Shown here: piece by piece, positions 1 to 8,839 of the stretch
How positions within the stretch are numbered: the stretch's first letter is position 1
Layout of the letters: the number at the start of each line of letters is the position of its first letter
Source of the DNA: Phycisphaerae bacterium
GTDB taxonomy: Bacteria > Planctomycetota > Phycisphaerae > UBA1845
Length of the DNA stretch: 64,000 nt
Direction of reading: 5' to 3'
NCBI GenBank assembly: GCA_029260235.1
Contig: JAJDDP010000080.1
Coordinates: forward strand, 26,922 to 90,921
Made by a program: the position numbers and the translations under genes
Notes under the pieces: model-generated
Databases searched by the model: none
What the model was told of the DNA's origin: nothing
What the model saw: only the letters and a program-made list of their open reading frames with translations

Positions 1-2164
1 GGCCCAAGAGGGCCAATCCGGCTGTCGGGATGATGATGGAGATCACGGCGCCAGAACTGGTCAGCACTAGCAAGTTCAACAACCGCTCGATGGCGGCGGC
101 AACGCCGTACAGGCTGGGCAACTCTCGACCGTCGCTATATGGGAACCGACTAGTGGCTGATCGCATGTCGCCGATCACGACGGCATGACCGCCGAGCCAT
201 TCGGTCAATTGGCTCGCGTTTGCCTTCAAGGCCTCGCCGTATTCCAAGGTAGCTCCCGACAAGACCTCATCTGAAGGAACCTCGATCATCAGGAGGGGAA
301 CCAAGTCATTCTTTCGGACCCCCGATTGCGGTGAATCTTCATCGCACTTCCAGATCGCCGATGGAGCGAATGACTCGGGCGTGCCTATCCACTGTTTCGT
401 GTTGGGCAAGTCCGGGTGTGGCCTCCAGTAGGCCAAGGTGACTCGCTGGGCATCCGGATCGATATCAATATTCGCCATCGTTCCAGGCCTTCGATAGGAA
501 GCAGCCGCTCCGAGCACCAAGGACATCGTCGGATCAAAAGGGGGCCGCTGCACAGCGAGGTGGTATTGCCACGGTTTGTCTGCCCGCAGAATAGACGATG
601 TACCACCCCAGCGCACCGCGGGTGCGATCGCCGGACTGACGCGGGGGAAGCCTTGCTCGTTGGGCTCCCAGTTGCTCACGCCAACGTGGACAGGAATACC
701 GCGGTCAGTCAACGCTTCGACGCCCTTGCGGAAATCCTCGTCGTACGGCGTCAAAGACGAAAACGACAGACCAAGGGCAACGACCCGCGGATTCGCCAGG
801 GCCAATTTCTCCAGCAAGCGACCGTGCAGGCGGCGGAGGCTCTTTAGCTTGGCCGGATCAACATCCGTCAGCCCTTCACTTCGCGCCAGCCCCGCAATGT
901 CCGTTTGGTCGGTTAGGGCGATGATGCGCACATAGTTCAAGACGGGGCCTGGGGAATTTTGGCGGGCAGCGGTCATCGCCCATTGCTCAAAGGTGCGGCG
1001 AACCGGCGTCCAGTCATCGAAGACGACGCCACCTACATAGTGCGAAAACGTGACCGAAGCGATCAACGCCATTACGTACGCCATCGCCCGATGTCGTCGG
1101 GTGACCTCCCGCGAGCGCATCTTCAGCACATAGAAGGTGCTGTCGCGCTTGGCTTCTATGGGTTCGTTGGCGAGATAACGGCGGACGTCGCCAGCCAGTG
1201 CAGACGCAGATTGGTACCGCCGCTGCATACCCTTAGCCAGGCACCGTAGGGTGATGGTTTCCAAGTCGTTATCTATCGGGCAATTTCGGGAGCGGGAAGC
1301 ATGCCCTGAAGACTCTTGGACACCCTCGCCGCTCGACCATTCTGCTCTTGGAGAAGCCGGCGGTGTTTCAGTGATATGACCTACGACCTCCGTAATCGAG
1401 CCGGTCACTGGGTAGGGAAAGTGACCGGTCAGAATCTGATAAAGAACGATACCCAGCGAATAGACATCCGTGCGGGCATCCATGGCCTCAATTCGCCCCA
1501 GGGCCTGCTCCGGGGCCATGTAGGGCAAGGTGCCCATGATATCGCCAGAGAGTGAAACCATGCTGTCGGCAGGCCCCTCGATCACCTTGGCCAAGCCGAA
1601 GTCGAGCACCTTGGGCATGCCACCAGCCTCAACCAGGATGTTCGACGGTTTCAAATCGCGATGGATCACGCCGGAAGTGTGGGCAAAATCAACGGCTTCA
1701 CAAACCACGGTGAACAGATGCAGCACTTCACGAAGAGCGAGGTCATGGTTGCGGACGAATTGCTGGAGGGGCACCCCCTGCACATAGTCCATCACGCAGT
1801 ATTGCAGGCCACCGTCAATCTCTCCGGAATCGAAAACAGCTACGATGTTGGGATGTTTCAGGCGAGCTACCAATTCGATTTCTCGTTGAAACCGACGCCT
1901 GCTCGTTTCTGAAGCGAGGGCCCCGCCGTGCAAGACTTTGATGGCGACCTCGCGTTTGGTCGATTTTTGATACGCCCGAAACACAACGCCCTGGCCGCCG
2001 CGATGCAGCTCCTCAATCATCTCGTAGCCCGCGATTTGAAGTGAAGAGGCCGTCGGCGTGCTTAACTGGGCAGGGGCGGCCGTACGCGTTTCTAAATCGC
2101 CGCTCGCGCCGGCAGCGGTGGCCTCGAAGAGTTCTGGCTGGTGATCAGGCCGATGCGGATCCAT
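1..2164 (-). CDS. Ser/Thr protein kinase with C-terminal transmembrane CHASE2-like sensor region (partial; C-terminus beyond window edge)
   Basis: Absent from the ORF track because the frame runs off the window. Manual minus-strand translation from the ATG at 2164 gives Hanks-kinase motifs: YEMIEELHRGGQGVVFRAYQKSTKREVAIKVL, HRDLKPSNILV, DFGLAK, GTLPYMAPE. A hydrophobic segment (AMAYVMALIASVTF) follows, then CHASE2-like blocks (VRIIALTDQTD...PRVVALGLSF; HAVVIGDMRSATSRFPY...LYGVAAAIERLL). I saw no in-frame stop down to nt 1. Confidence 0.85.
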   Translation of the reverse strand, partial: MDPHRPDHQPELFEATAAGASGDLETRTAAPAQLSTPTASSLQIAGYEMIEELHRGGQGVVFRAYQKSTKREVAIKVLHGGALASETSRRRFQREIELVARLKHPNIVAVFDSGEIDGGLQYCVMDYVQGVPLQQFVRNHDLALREVLHLFTVVCEAVDFAHTSGVIHRDLKPSNILVEAGGMPKVLDFGLAKVIEGPADSMVSLSGDIMGTLPYMAPEQALGRIEAMDARTDVYSLGIVLYQILTGHFPYPVTGSITEVVGHITETPPASPRAEWSSGEGVQESSGHASRSRNCPIDNDLETITLRCLAKGMQRRYQSASALAGDVRRYLANEPIEAKRDSTFYVLKMRSREVTRRHRAMAYVMALIASVTFSHYVGGVVFDDWTPVRRTFEQWAMTAARQNSPGPVLNYVRIIALTDQTDIAGLARSEGLTDVDPAKLKSLRRLHGRLLEKLALANPRVVALGLSFSSLTPYDEDFRKGVEALTDRGIPVHVGVSNWEPNEQGFPRVSPAIAPAVRWGGTSSILRADKPWQYHLAVQRPPFDPTMSLVLGAAASYRRPGTMANIDIDPDAQRVTLAYWRPHPDLPNTKQWIGTPESFAPSAIWKCDEDSPQSGVRKNDLVPLLMIEVPSDEVLSGATLEYGEALKANASQLTEWLGGHAVVIGDMRSATSRFPYSDGRELPSLYGVAAAIERLLNLLVLTSSGAVISIIIPTAGLALLG

Positions 2165-2334
2165 GGCTCATCTTCAGAATAAGTTCACCCAAAAAGCAAC
2201 CCCGACAGGAACCTACTAACCGAGCCAGCATGCTTTGGCAACATGAATACGCCGACCAGAAGTTAATTCTTGAATGAAAGACGCCCGAAACCACGGAATA
2301 ATCGATTCCCGCATATCGTTCTTGAAAGGCGGCA

Positions 2335-3324
2335 CTATTTGCGCAAGCTAACCAGAATCTCAAACGGGCCGATGACCAACTCGTCGTGATCGTTCAAGGT
2401 GCCTTGGTCTACCTGTTTGCCATTGATGGTGATGCCGTTCTTGCTTTGAAGGTCTTTGATTTGCCAGTCCTTGCCCTTCGGCTCCAACCTGCAATGGTGG
2501 CGGGATATCAGTGGGTGGACCAATTGCCAGGTGGCTGTGTCGCAGGTGCCGATGAGGATGGTCTCAGGCGGCAGGACGTTCAGCGTGGGGTAACCAATGC
2601 TCGGCCCCTTGCGAACAATCAGCGAGATCGGCGGCGGCGTTGGATCTGTGGGCACGTTTTCAGGTAAGCGGCCAAACCGCAGTCGGTAGCCGCCCAAGTC
2701 AATCACGTCGCCCTCGTCCAGAACGAATTCTTTAATGCGGGTATCGTTCACCAAGGTCGCCCGCTCTTTGCTGATCGGCTTGAGCAGCCAGTCGCGGTCC
2801 CGAAAGTCGAGCTGGCAGTGAGCTTTGGATACCCGGATCGATGGCAAGGCGATCATGCACTGCGGATCACTTCCGATGGTCACGCGCCGCCCTTCGACCA
2901 AGTCGATGCGATGGCCCACCATTTCTGGACCCGCGGTAATTCGCAGGAAACAATCGGGTACCGGAGCGGCTAAGCGGTTCTGCAGATATTCGTTCAGATT
3001 GATACCCAACTGCTCGGCCAGGGCTTGGTCGTAGTCCTGCTTCTTAGCGTGATTGCACAGCACGACACGGGCCGTGGCGATTTGGGTCATGATGTCTTGG
3101 ACGCTTTGGCGAATCTGATGGTCAGGATGATCCTCGAACGGCTTGATCCGGCGGAATTGCTTTCGGCTGGCGTGCTGGATGCGTTCGGGGTGACTGCAAA
3201 ATAATTCCAGGAGAAGCAACTGGTAATAATGTGGTGGGCGATCTCCAGAGGGAAGGTCGAGAAACTCGGCGTAGAGATCTTCCCCGGCCTTAGAGCCTGA
3301 GGTGTTGGCGGGGGAATCCGTCAC
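2335..3324 (-). CDS. J-domain protein with two FHA domains
   Basis: 329-aa ORF. Its GTG start overlaps the Hsp70 stop (GTGA). The N-terminus is J-domain-like and includes the HPD tripeptide: HYYQLL...ASRKQFRRIKPFEDHPDHQIRQSVQDIMTQIATARVVLCNHAKKQDYD. Two FHA-like modules follow: RVTIGSDPQCMIALPSIRVSKAHCQLDF...LVNDTRI and ILIGTCDTATWQLVHPLISRHHCRLEP...SKNGITINGKQV. Confidence 0.8.
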   Translation of the reverse strand: MTDSPANTSGSKAGEDLYAEFLDLPSGDRPPHYYQLLLLELFCSHPERIQHASRKQFRRIKPFEDHPDHQIRQSVQDIMTQIATARVVLCNHAKKQDYDQALAEQLGINLNEYLQNRLAAPVPDCFLRITAGPEMVGHRIDLVEGRRVTIGSDPQCMIALPSIRVSKAHCQLDFRDRDWLLKPISKERATLVNDTRIKEFVLDEGDVIDLGGYRLRFGRLPENVPTDPTPPPISLIVRKGPSIGYPTLNVLPPETILIGTCDTATWQLVHPLISRHHCRLEPKGKDWQIKDLQSKNGITINGKQVDQGTLNDHDELVIGPFEILVSLRK

Positions 3325-5177
3325 TCGTCTGCCTCCATCAACTTCGTCAAGTTTTCAGCCATGGAGCTGATCTCTTTCTTCTCGAACCCGGAATTCCGCA
3401 CGATCTCCACCTCGGCTGCCACGTTATTGCTCAGTTCCATCGCCCGTACGCGCAACCGACCACTTGGGTCGAACGTAAAGGTCACTTCGACGGGTGATCC
3501 CTGCGGAAGATGGTCAGGAAGTTTGTCGATCACGCATTCACCCACATAGGTGCATGCAGCTGGGTCTCGACTCTCGCCTTCCATGACCGGCAGGCGGACC
3601 GTAGTTTGATTGGCTGCTTCGGTGCCGAAGATTTTCGTCCGAACAGAGGGCAGCGGCGTGTTACGATGGATGATTCGCGCATGCACGATGCGGTTTTCAC
3701 GCGGCGACCGCACCACTACACCGAGGCTGTGGGCGTTGACATTCCCGAGTTGGACACTCTTGACCGCCTCAGCCACCGACTCATCGAAGATGGGGTCCAT
3801 GTCACTGTCAGAGTCATCTGGATCGAGCGGCTTGGCTATCTCCAACTCCTCGGCCTCGCGCTCGTTCAAGGCGGTAATCGGTTGCCCGCGATTTAGCTGA
3901 ATGATAGCAGCGTGAATGGCAGCCCCATGCGAGACGATTTCCTCTGGCGCAGCGGCCATCACCGGCTCTTTCCCAGAGATGAGTTCGAGCATCTGGGCGA
4001 TGCAGGGCATGCGCGTTGAGCCGCCGACCAGCAGGGCAGTGTCGATTCGATCCCAGGTGAGCATGGCGTCCTCCAGCAGCATCTCGGTGGACATCTGCAT
4101 TCGGGTGACCAAATCGCTGGTCAGTTCCTCGAACTGCCCTCGAGAAATGGGGATGCTGAGTTTTCGGCCCAAGTGCTCAGCCATGATCACTGTCTGCATT
4201 CGCTCGGTGAGTGCTCGCTTGGCCAACTCACAGGTGCTGCGGATGCGGATGGTTGATCCAGGGTCGTCTCGAGGGTCCACGCCGAACCGTCGGGTGAACT
4301 CATCACAGAACGCCCCTAGTAGCCGCTCATCGAAATCGATGCCCCCCAAGCGCACTTCGCCGCCCGTAGCCAGCACCTCGAAATTATTGCTGTCGATTCG
4401 AATAACGGTGACATCGAATGTGCCGCCGCCAAGATCAAAAACCAAGGTTGTGTTGGGAACGGTGGCTGCCACAGTAGCAACGTCAAATTGTTCAGAGCTA
4501 CCGCCCCGCCCGATGTATTCACCAAAGGCATGAGCCAAAGCCGCGGCGGTGGGTTCGTTGAGCACGTCCACCACGCTCAAGCCGGCGATGCGACCCGCGT
4601 CTTCGGTGGCTTTGCGTTTTGTGTCACCGAAGTAGGCAGGCACGGTGATGACAGCTTCGCGAACAGGCCCGATCTCTTTCCGGGCATCGAGCACGAGCTG
4701 CTTGAGGATCAGGGCTGACAGCGCTTCGGGGGAGAATTCTCGTCCGCCCAGCGGATCGCGGTAGAGTTTCTCGCCGATGTCTCGCTTAATGTTGGTGGCT
4801 GTTCGATCTGGATTCTTGGAGGCGTTTTCGCAAGCCTCCCGCCCGACGAAGATCCTGCGATCCGAGCCAATCTGAACAACCGAGGGAGTGAGCACGTCGC
4901 CTAGCTTATTGGGGATGTTGACCGCGTGGCCTTTGGCGTCTACGTACGCGATCGCTGAGTTGGTGGTACCCAGATCAATCCCGACGATGCGTTCCCTGTA
5001 CTTCCCCATTGCTGCAAAAACTCCATCCGGCGGTTCGTGGTAGGCTTGCCGAACCGCAAGTGTACGCAGCCCAGGGGGGAGATTCAACGGCGTGAAATTG
5101 CCGGATGGAGTCAGCCCCAAATCGCGGATGGGCGGCTGGCAATTGGGGTCATAGGGGGTAACACTTGTGTAACTCAA
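3321..5177 (-). CDS. Hsp70-family chaperone ATPase (DnaK paralogue)
   Basis: 618-aa ORF with the Hsp70 nucleotide-binding motifs VGIDLGTTNSAIAYV, DLGGGTFDVTVI and LVGGSTRMPCIAQMLE, plus a C-terminal substrate-binding-like region. The start is uncertain. An alternative ATG at 5009 (MGKYRERIVGIDLG) is preceded by GGAG about 11 nt upstream. Confidence 0.9.
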   Translation of the reverse strand: MSYTSVTPYDPNCQPPIRDLGLTPSGNFTPLNLPPGLRTLAVRQAYHEPPDGVFAAMGKYRERIVGIDLGTTNSAIAYVDAKGHAVNIPNKLGDVLTPSVVQIGSDRRIFVGREACENASKNPDRTATNIKRDIGEKLYRDPLGGREFSPEALSALILKQLVLDARKEIGPVREAVITVPAYFGDTKRKATEDAGRIAGLSVVDVLNEPTAAALAHAFGEYIGRGGSSEQFDVATVAATVPNTTLVFDLGGGTFDVTVIRIDSNNFEVLATGGEVRLGGIDFDERLLGAFCDEFTRRFGVDPRDDPGSTIRIRSTCELAKRALTERMQTVIMAEHLGRKLSIPISRGQFEELTSDLVTRMQMSTEMLLEDAMLTWDRIDTALLVGGSTRMPCIAQMLELISGKEPVMAAAPEEIVSHGAAIHAAIIQLNRGQPITALNEREAEELEIAKPLDPDDSDSDMDPIFDESVAEAVKSVQLGNVNAHSLGVVVRSPRENRIVHARIIHRNTPLPSVRTKIFGTEAANQTTVRLPVMEGESRDPAACTYVGECVIDKLPDHLPQGSPVEVTFTFDPSGRLRVRAMELSNNVAAEVEIVRNSGFEKKEISSMAENLTKLMEADE

Positions 5178-5555
5178 ACCGAACTAGGATCAGCCCACCG
5201 CCACCGTGCTGTGCCTGATGCCACGGCTGGGAAGGGCTGTCCTTCCAGCTTGGTGCCCTCGAGCAAAACGCCCGCTAAGCCGCGGTCGAGGCGGTTTTGG
5301 ACAAGTTTGGCAGCATTACGGACGATGTTCTGTCGTGCGGATGAATCAGCCCAATCAGGCCACTTGGCCTGGGTTTTGGCCGTACGCACTGCAGCGTCGG
5401 TCTGACTTTGGACTTGTCTGGAATGGTCCGGGACGCTTAGATGGAGCGATGGTGGTGGGCACGCACATGAGTGCATCACTAGAAATACGTTCTTGATTGA
5501 AACAAACCGCAAGGATTTTCACAGAACTACGAGAGCAGGAGCATTGGAGACTGTC

Positions 5556-7460
5556 ATGGATCGAAAGACAACAGTTTGGAGCAAACTCACGCGTGTGGCA
5601 GAGGCGCGCACCGTTACCGCCCTGATCGTGCTGTTTGGGGTTGGGACGGGTGTCAACACAACCTGGGCGCAAGATGCCAAACCTGCGGCAAGCGACAAGG
5701 CAGCCGCACCTGCCAAGAGCCAAGATCCTGCTTCGGCAGACAAGTCAAAAAACTCGGTAGAATTGGTCCCGATCAAGGCACCCCCAGCCAACGTGCTCAA
5801 AGCCGCCAAGCAGCGGTCCAAAGCCAAGCCGGCCGTGACGACTACACCGACCGGGCCGGTCACCGGCGCCCCCGCCATCCGCATCGCAGAGACCGTTCAT
5901 GATTTTGGCGAGAGCTGGACGGGCGGCACGCTCGATCATGTATTCCAGATCAAGAATGAGGGCGACCAGGTTCTCAAGCTCCTCTCGGTCAAACCTTCTT
6001 GCGGATGCACCGTCGCTAAGGGCTACGACAAAGAAATCCCTCCTGGCGGCACCGGCAAGATTCCTGTTTCGCTAAACACCAAGAAAGTTCGCAACAAGTT
6101 CACCAAGAACATCACGGTCAATAGCAACGACCCTGCCACGGCCTCGTTGCGGCTTCAGATCACCGGCATCGTCAAGTCATACGTTGACGTCGCCCCGCGA
6201 ACCATCGCTCTGGGCCACATCAAGGAGGGCGATCAAGCGACCAAGTCCTGCAAGCTGCTCAACAACACGGACGGCATGATCGAGTTGAAACTTGAACAGG
6301 CCAAGTCAGGCCCGTTCACGGCTGAGTTGGTCGAACGCGTGCCCGGCAAAGAGTTTCAGCTCAAAGTAACCGCAGCCCCACCTTTCAAGCCGAAACTCAA
6401 CAACGGCAAGTTCATCATCACCACGAACGTCCCCAAGCAGCCCCGGATCGAGGTCCCGGTGACGGCCTACGTTCCTGCACGGCTCGATTTGCGTCCCGAG
6501 ACGTTGGTTCTCCCTTCGTCCAATCGCAACGAGCAGAAACGTTTGATCAAATTCACCAATAATGGCGAAAAGCCGGTCAAGGTGCTCTCAGCTAGCGTGA
6601 GCGACGACACCATTGCGGTCGAGGTGATTGAACGCTCCGCCGGCAAAGCCTATGACATCAAGGTCACCATCCCGGCTGGCTACAAGACGCCCAAAGACGC
6701 CAAGATCATCACACTGGTAACTGATGACAGCGAAAAGAAGGAAATCAACATCCCCATCAAGGGTCGACCGGTCAAGAAGCGTCCTGCCGAAAGCTTGCTC
6801 GGCACCATCTCTCCGACGGCTGAATTTACTACGCGGGCCGGCGTGACCATCAACACGGGAAGCAAGCTGGGCAAGATCACCGTTCTTGATTTCTTCGCCA
6901 GCTGGTGCGGTTACTGCAAGAAGCAGATCCCGCAGGTCTCAACCATGTATACCGAGAAGTTCAAAGACAACCCAAATGTGCAGTTCATCGGGGTCAGTGC
7001 TGACATCCTCAAGACCGAAGGCGTGACCAATCCCCGTGCCCGCACTCTTGAGCAGGTGGATGGCGTCTGGGCAAAAGCGTCCAGCGGTGCTTTTGAGTTG
7101 GCCCTCGATCCAAACGGAAACACCAAGAAACTCTTCAAGGTATCTAGCTATCCAACGTTGATGCTGTTGAATAAGGACGGTAAGGTCGAAGCGGTTCACT
7201 TTGGTGCAAAGGCAGACCTACCTCAAATTCTGGCTGGACAGATCGAAAAGCTCCTGGCCGGCAAGAGTCTTGTCTCTTCAGGACCTACCCCGGTAGCCAA
7301 GCCTCAACCTACGCCCAAGCCGACCGTCGTCACCGTCAAAGGCACAGCTGACGCAGCTCCGGCCGAGGCTGACAAGATCAAGGAGAACGCCCAGCCCGAG
7401 GATTCCGACGCGACCTCGATGGCTAACTATAGCGTGAAGAAAAGGTCGAAGGTCGACTAG
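5556..7460 (+). CDS. Secreted DUF1573-type protein with Ig-like repeats fused to a TlpA-like thioredoxin domain
   Basis: ATG at 5556 is preceded by GGAG (ORF track starts at a TTG at 5493). A signal/TM segment (VTALIVLFGVG) is present. DUF1573 signature: HDFGESWTGGTLDHVFQIKNEGDQVLKLLSVKPSCGCT. C-terminal thioredoxin fold has a redox motif, VLDFFASWCGYCKK...SYPTLMLLNKDGK. Confidence 0.75.
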   Translation: MDRKTTVWSKLTRVAEARTVTALIVLFGVGTGVNTTWAQDAKPAASDKAAAPAKSQDPASADKSKNSVELVPIKAPPANVLKAAKQRSKAKPAVTTTPTGPVTGAPAIRIAETVHDFGESWTGGTLDHVFQIKNEGDQVLKLLSVKPSCGCTVAKGYDKEIPPGGTGKIPVSLNTKKVRNKFTKNITVNSNDPATASLRLQITGIVKSYVDVAPRTIALGHIKEGDQATKSCKLLNNTDGMIELKLEQAKSGPFTAELVERVPGKEFQLKVTAAPPFKPKLNNGKFIITTNVPKQPRIEVPVTAYVPARLDLRPETLVLPSSNRNEQKRLIKFTNNGEKPVKVLSASVSDDTIAVEVIERSAGKAYDIKVTIPAGYKTPKDAKIITLVTDDSEKKEINIPIKGRPVKKRPAESLLGTISPTAEFTTRAGVTINTGSKLGKITVLDFFASWCGYCKKQIPQVSTMYTEKFKDNPNVQFIGVSADILKTEGVTNPRARTLEQVDGVWAKASSGAFELALDPNGNTKKLFKVSSYPTLMLLNKDGKVEAVHFGAKADLPQILAGQIEKLLAGKSLVSSGPTPVAKPQPTPKPTVVTVKGTADAAPAEADKIKENAQPEDSDATSMANYSVKKRSKVD

Positions 7461-7492
7461 CGATACCATCCAGTATAGCTTCAGAACTAGAG

Positions 7493-7530
7493 CGAACCCG
7501 CCGGGGGGCAACTGAGCCTCGGTGGGTTCG
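7493..7530. terminator. Hairpin between convergent genes (possible bidirectional terminator)
   Basis: cgaacccgccg (7493-7503) pairs with cggtgggttcg (7520-7530), giving an 11-bp stem with one G-T pair and a 16-nt loop. It lies between the stop at 7460 (+) and the stop at 7623 (-). There is no clear U-tract. Confidence 0.35.
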
Positions 7531-7622
7531 TGCTTGCGCTACTCATGGAATTGGGGAGACGTTGTTGCCTACGTATGGGGCAATACTGCCAGCGGCCGTT
7601 GGAGGAATGGCTGTTCGACGCC

Positions 7623-8501
7623 CTACGGCATGTTCTTAGCCTGGGTATAGCAGATCAGCTTGTAGGCCAACCTCGCGGCGAGGAACTCGGTTACATTTTG
7701 ACCTGGAATCGGGGCTACTTCTACGATGTCCGCAGCGACGATATTCTTCTCCGCCGCCACCACCCGCAGGAGCGCGGTCACCTGGTACCAATCAAGGCCG
7801 CCTGGCTCGGGAGTGCCCGTGCCTGGTGCGTAGGCTGGGTCGAACCCATCAATATCAACCGTGACGTAGACGTTGTCGGTCAGCCCATCCAAGGCGCGAT
7901 CCACCCACTCATCCGAAAAGCAACAATCACGGGCGGTGATGGGCTCGATTCCGTTTTTTCGGCAATAGAGGTGCTCCTCCTTGCACACGTTGCGGATGCC
8001 CACCGGAACGATTGACTCAACATAGCCAAGGCAACGCCGCATCACCGAAGCATGAGAAAACGGTGACTGCTGGTAGGTATCCCGAAGATCGAGGTGGGCG
8101 TCGATTTGCAGTATGGACAGTTTTTTGTATTTGGCACAAACCGCCCTGACCAAACCGCCAGTCACGCTGTGCTCGCCCCCGAGTGCGAGCAGAAACTTTC
8201 CGTCGCGCTCAATCTTACGAGCGGCCTTGAAGATGTCTTCGTTCATCTGCTCAGGCCCGCTCATGTTGGGCATCAGTGGATCCAGAGTGGCGATACCCTG
8301 CTTGTGGAATTCGCGTTCCAATTCATCGTCGAACAATTCAACTTGTTGTGAAGCGGTGATGATCGCGGCAGGGCCTTCCCGCGTTCCGGTCCGATAGCTT
8401 GTCGTGGAGTCGTACGGAACGGGCAACACAACGAACCGGGCGGCATCGTAGCCGCTGAATTTGTCTTCAAGGCCCAGGAATGTACGGGGGATTGTTTCCA
8501 C
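7623..8501 (-). CDS. speB: Agmatinase (arginase/ureohydrolase family)
   Basis: 292-aa ORF with ureohydrolase metal-binding motifs: LALGGEHSVTGG, QIDAHLDLRD, VTVDIDGFDPAYAPGTGTPEPGG. Confidence 0.85.
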   Translation of the reverse strand: METIPRTFLGLEDKFSGYDAARFVVLPVPYDSTTSYRTGTREGPAAIITASQQVELFDDELEREFHKQGIATLDPLMPNMSGPEQMNEDIFKAARKIERDGKFLLALGGEHSVTGGLVRAVCAKYKKLSILQIDAHLDLRDTYQQSPFSHASVMRRCLGYVESIVPVGIRNVCKEEHLYCRKNGIEPITARDCCFSDEWVDRALDGLTDNVYVTVDIDGFDPAYAPGTGTPEPGGLDWYQVTALLRVVAAEKNIVAADIVEVAPIPGQNVTEFLAARLAYKLICYTQAKNMP

Positions 8502-8612
8502 GTCTCATTCTTCCATTTATTGATAGTTACGTTTTCTCAAGATTGATCAAGACGTCCACATGCCAAGCTCAAGGGCACAACTTGGAAGGCCCTGCACAGC
8601 CCCAGCTCAGCG

Positions 8613-8641
8613 TTGACACTGCCTGCGCCCGCCCCTACAGT
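8613..8641 (+). promoter_or_regulatory. Sigma70-like promoter candidate upstream of the GT2 gene
   Basis: TTGACA (8613-8618), a 17-nt spacer, then TACAGT (8636-8641), about 200 nt upstream of the start at 8840. Hexamer match only. Confidence 0.35.
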
Positions 8642-8839
8642 GTTCGCCAATACGCGGTCAAAAGCAGCCCAGGGCTTCGCAGGTGACCACCGATTGTATG
8701 GTGTCTGAAGTCCTGATCAATCAGGAATATTCTTCGCCCCTGGATAGTTGGCTTCATTGGATGGTGCCCAAGGCCCATCCCCCCAGTCGTTCGCCAGTGA
8801 ATCCGGCGGACATACGTTGAAACAGCGCGAGACAAACAC

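Noticed and set aside
416-1912. Six plus-strand ORFs (79-143 aa) listed in the ORF track
   Set aside because: They are antisense to a continuous minus-strand frame encoding an unmistakable Ser/Thr kinase plus CHASE2-like region. Their translations are Arg/Pro-rich with no motifs, which is typical of GC-rich antisense artefacts.
3916-4533. Long antisense ORFs inside well-supported genes (3916-4533, 16826-17536, 31966-32679, 41202-42053, 50692-51327, 62361-62954)
   Set aside because: Each lies opposite a gene with strong family motifs. The translations are Arg/Ser/Pro-rich and motif-free. Such ORFs are expected in GC-rich DNA.
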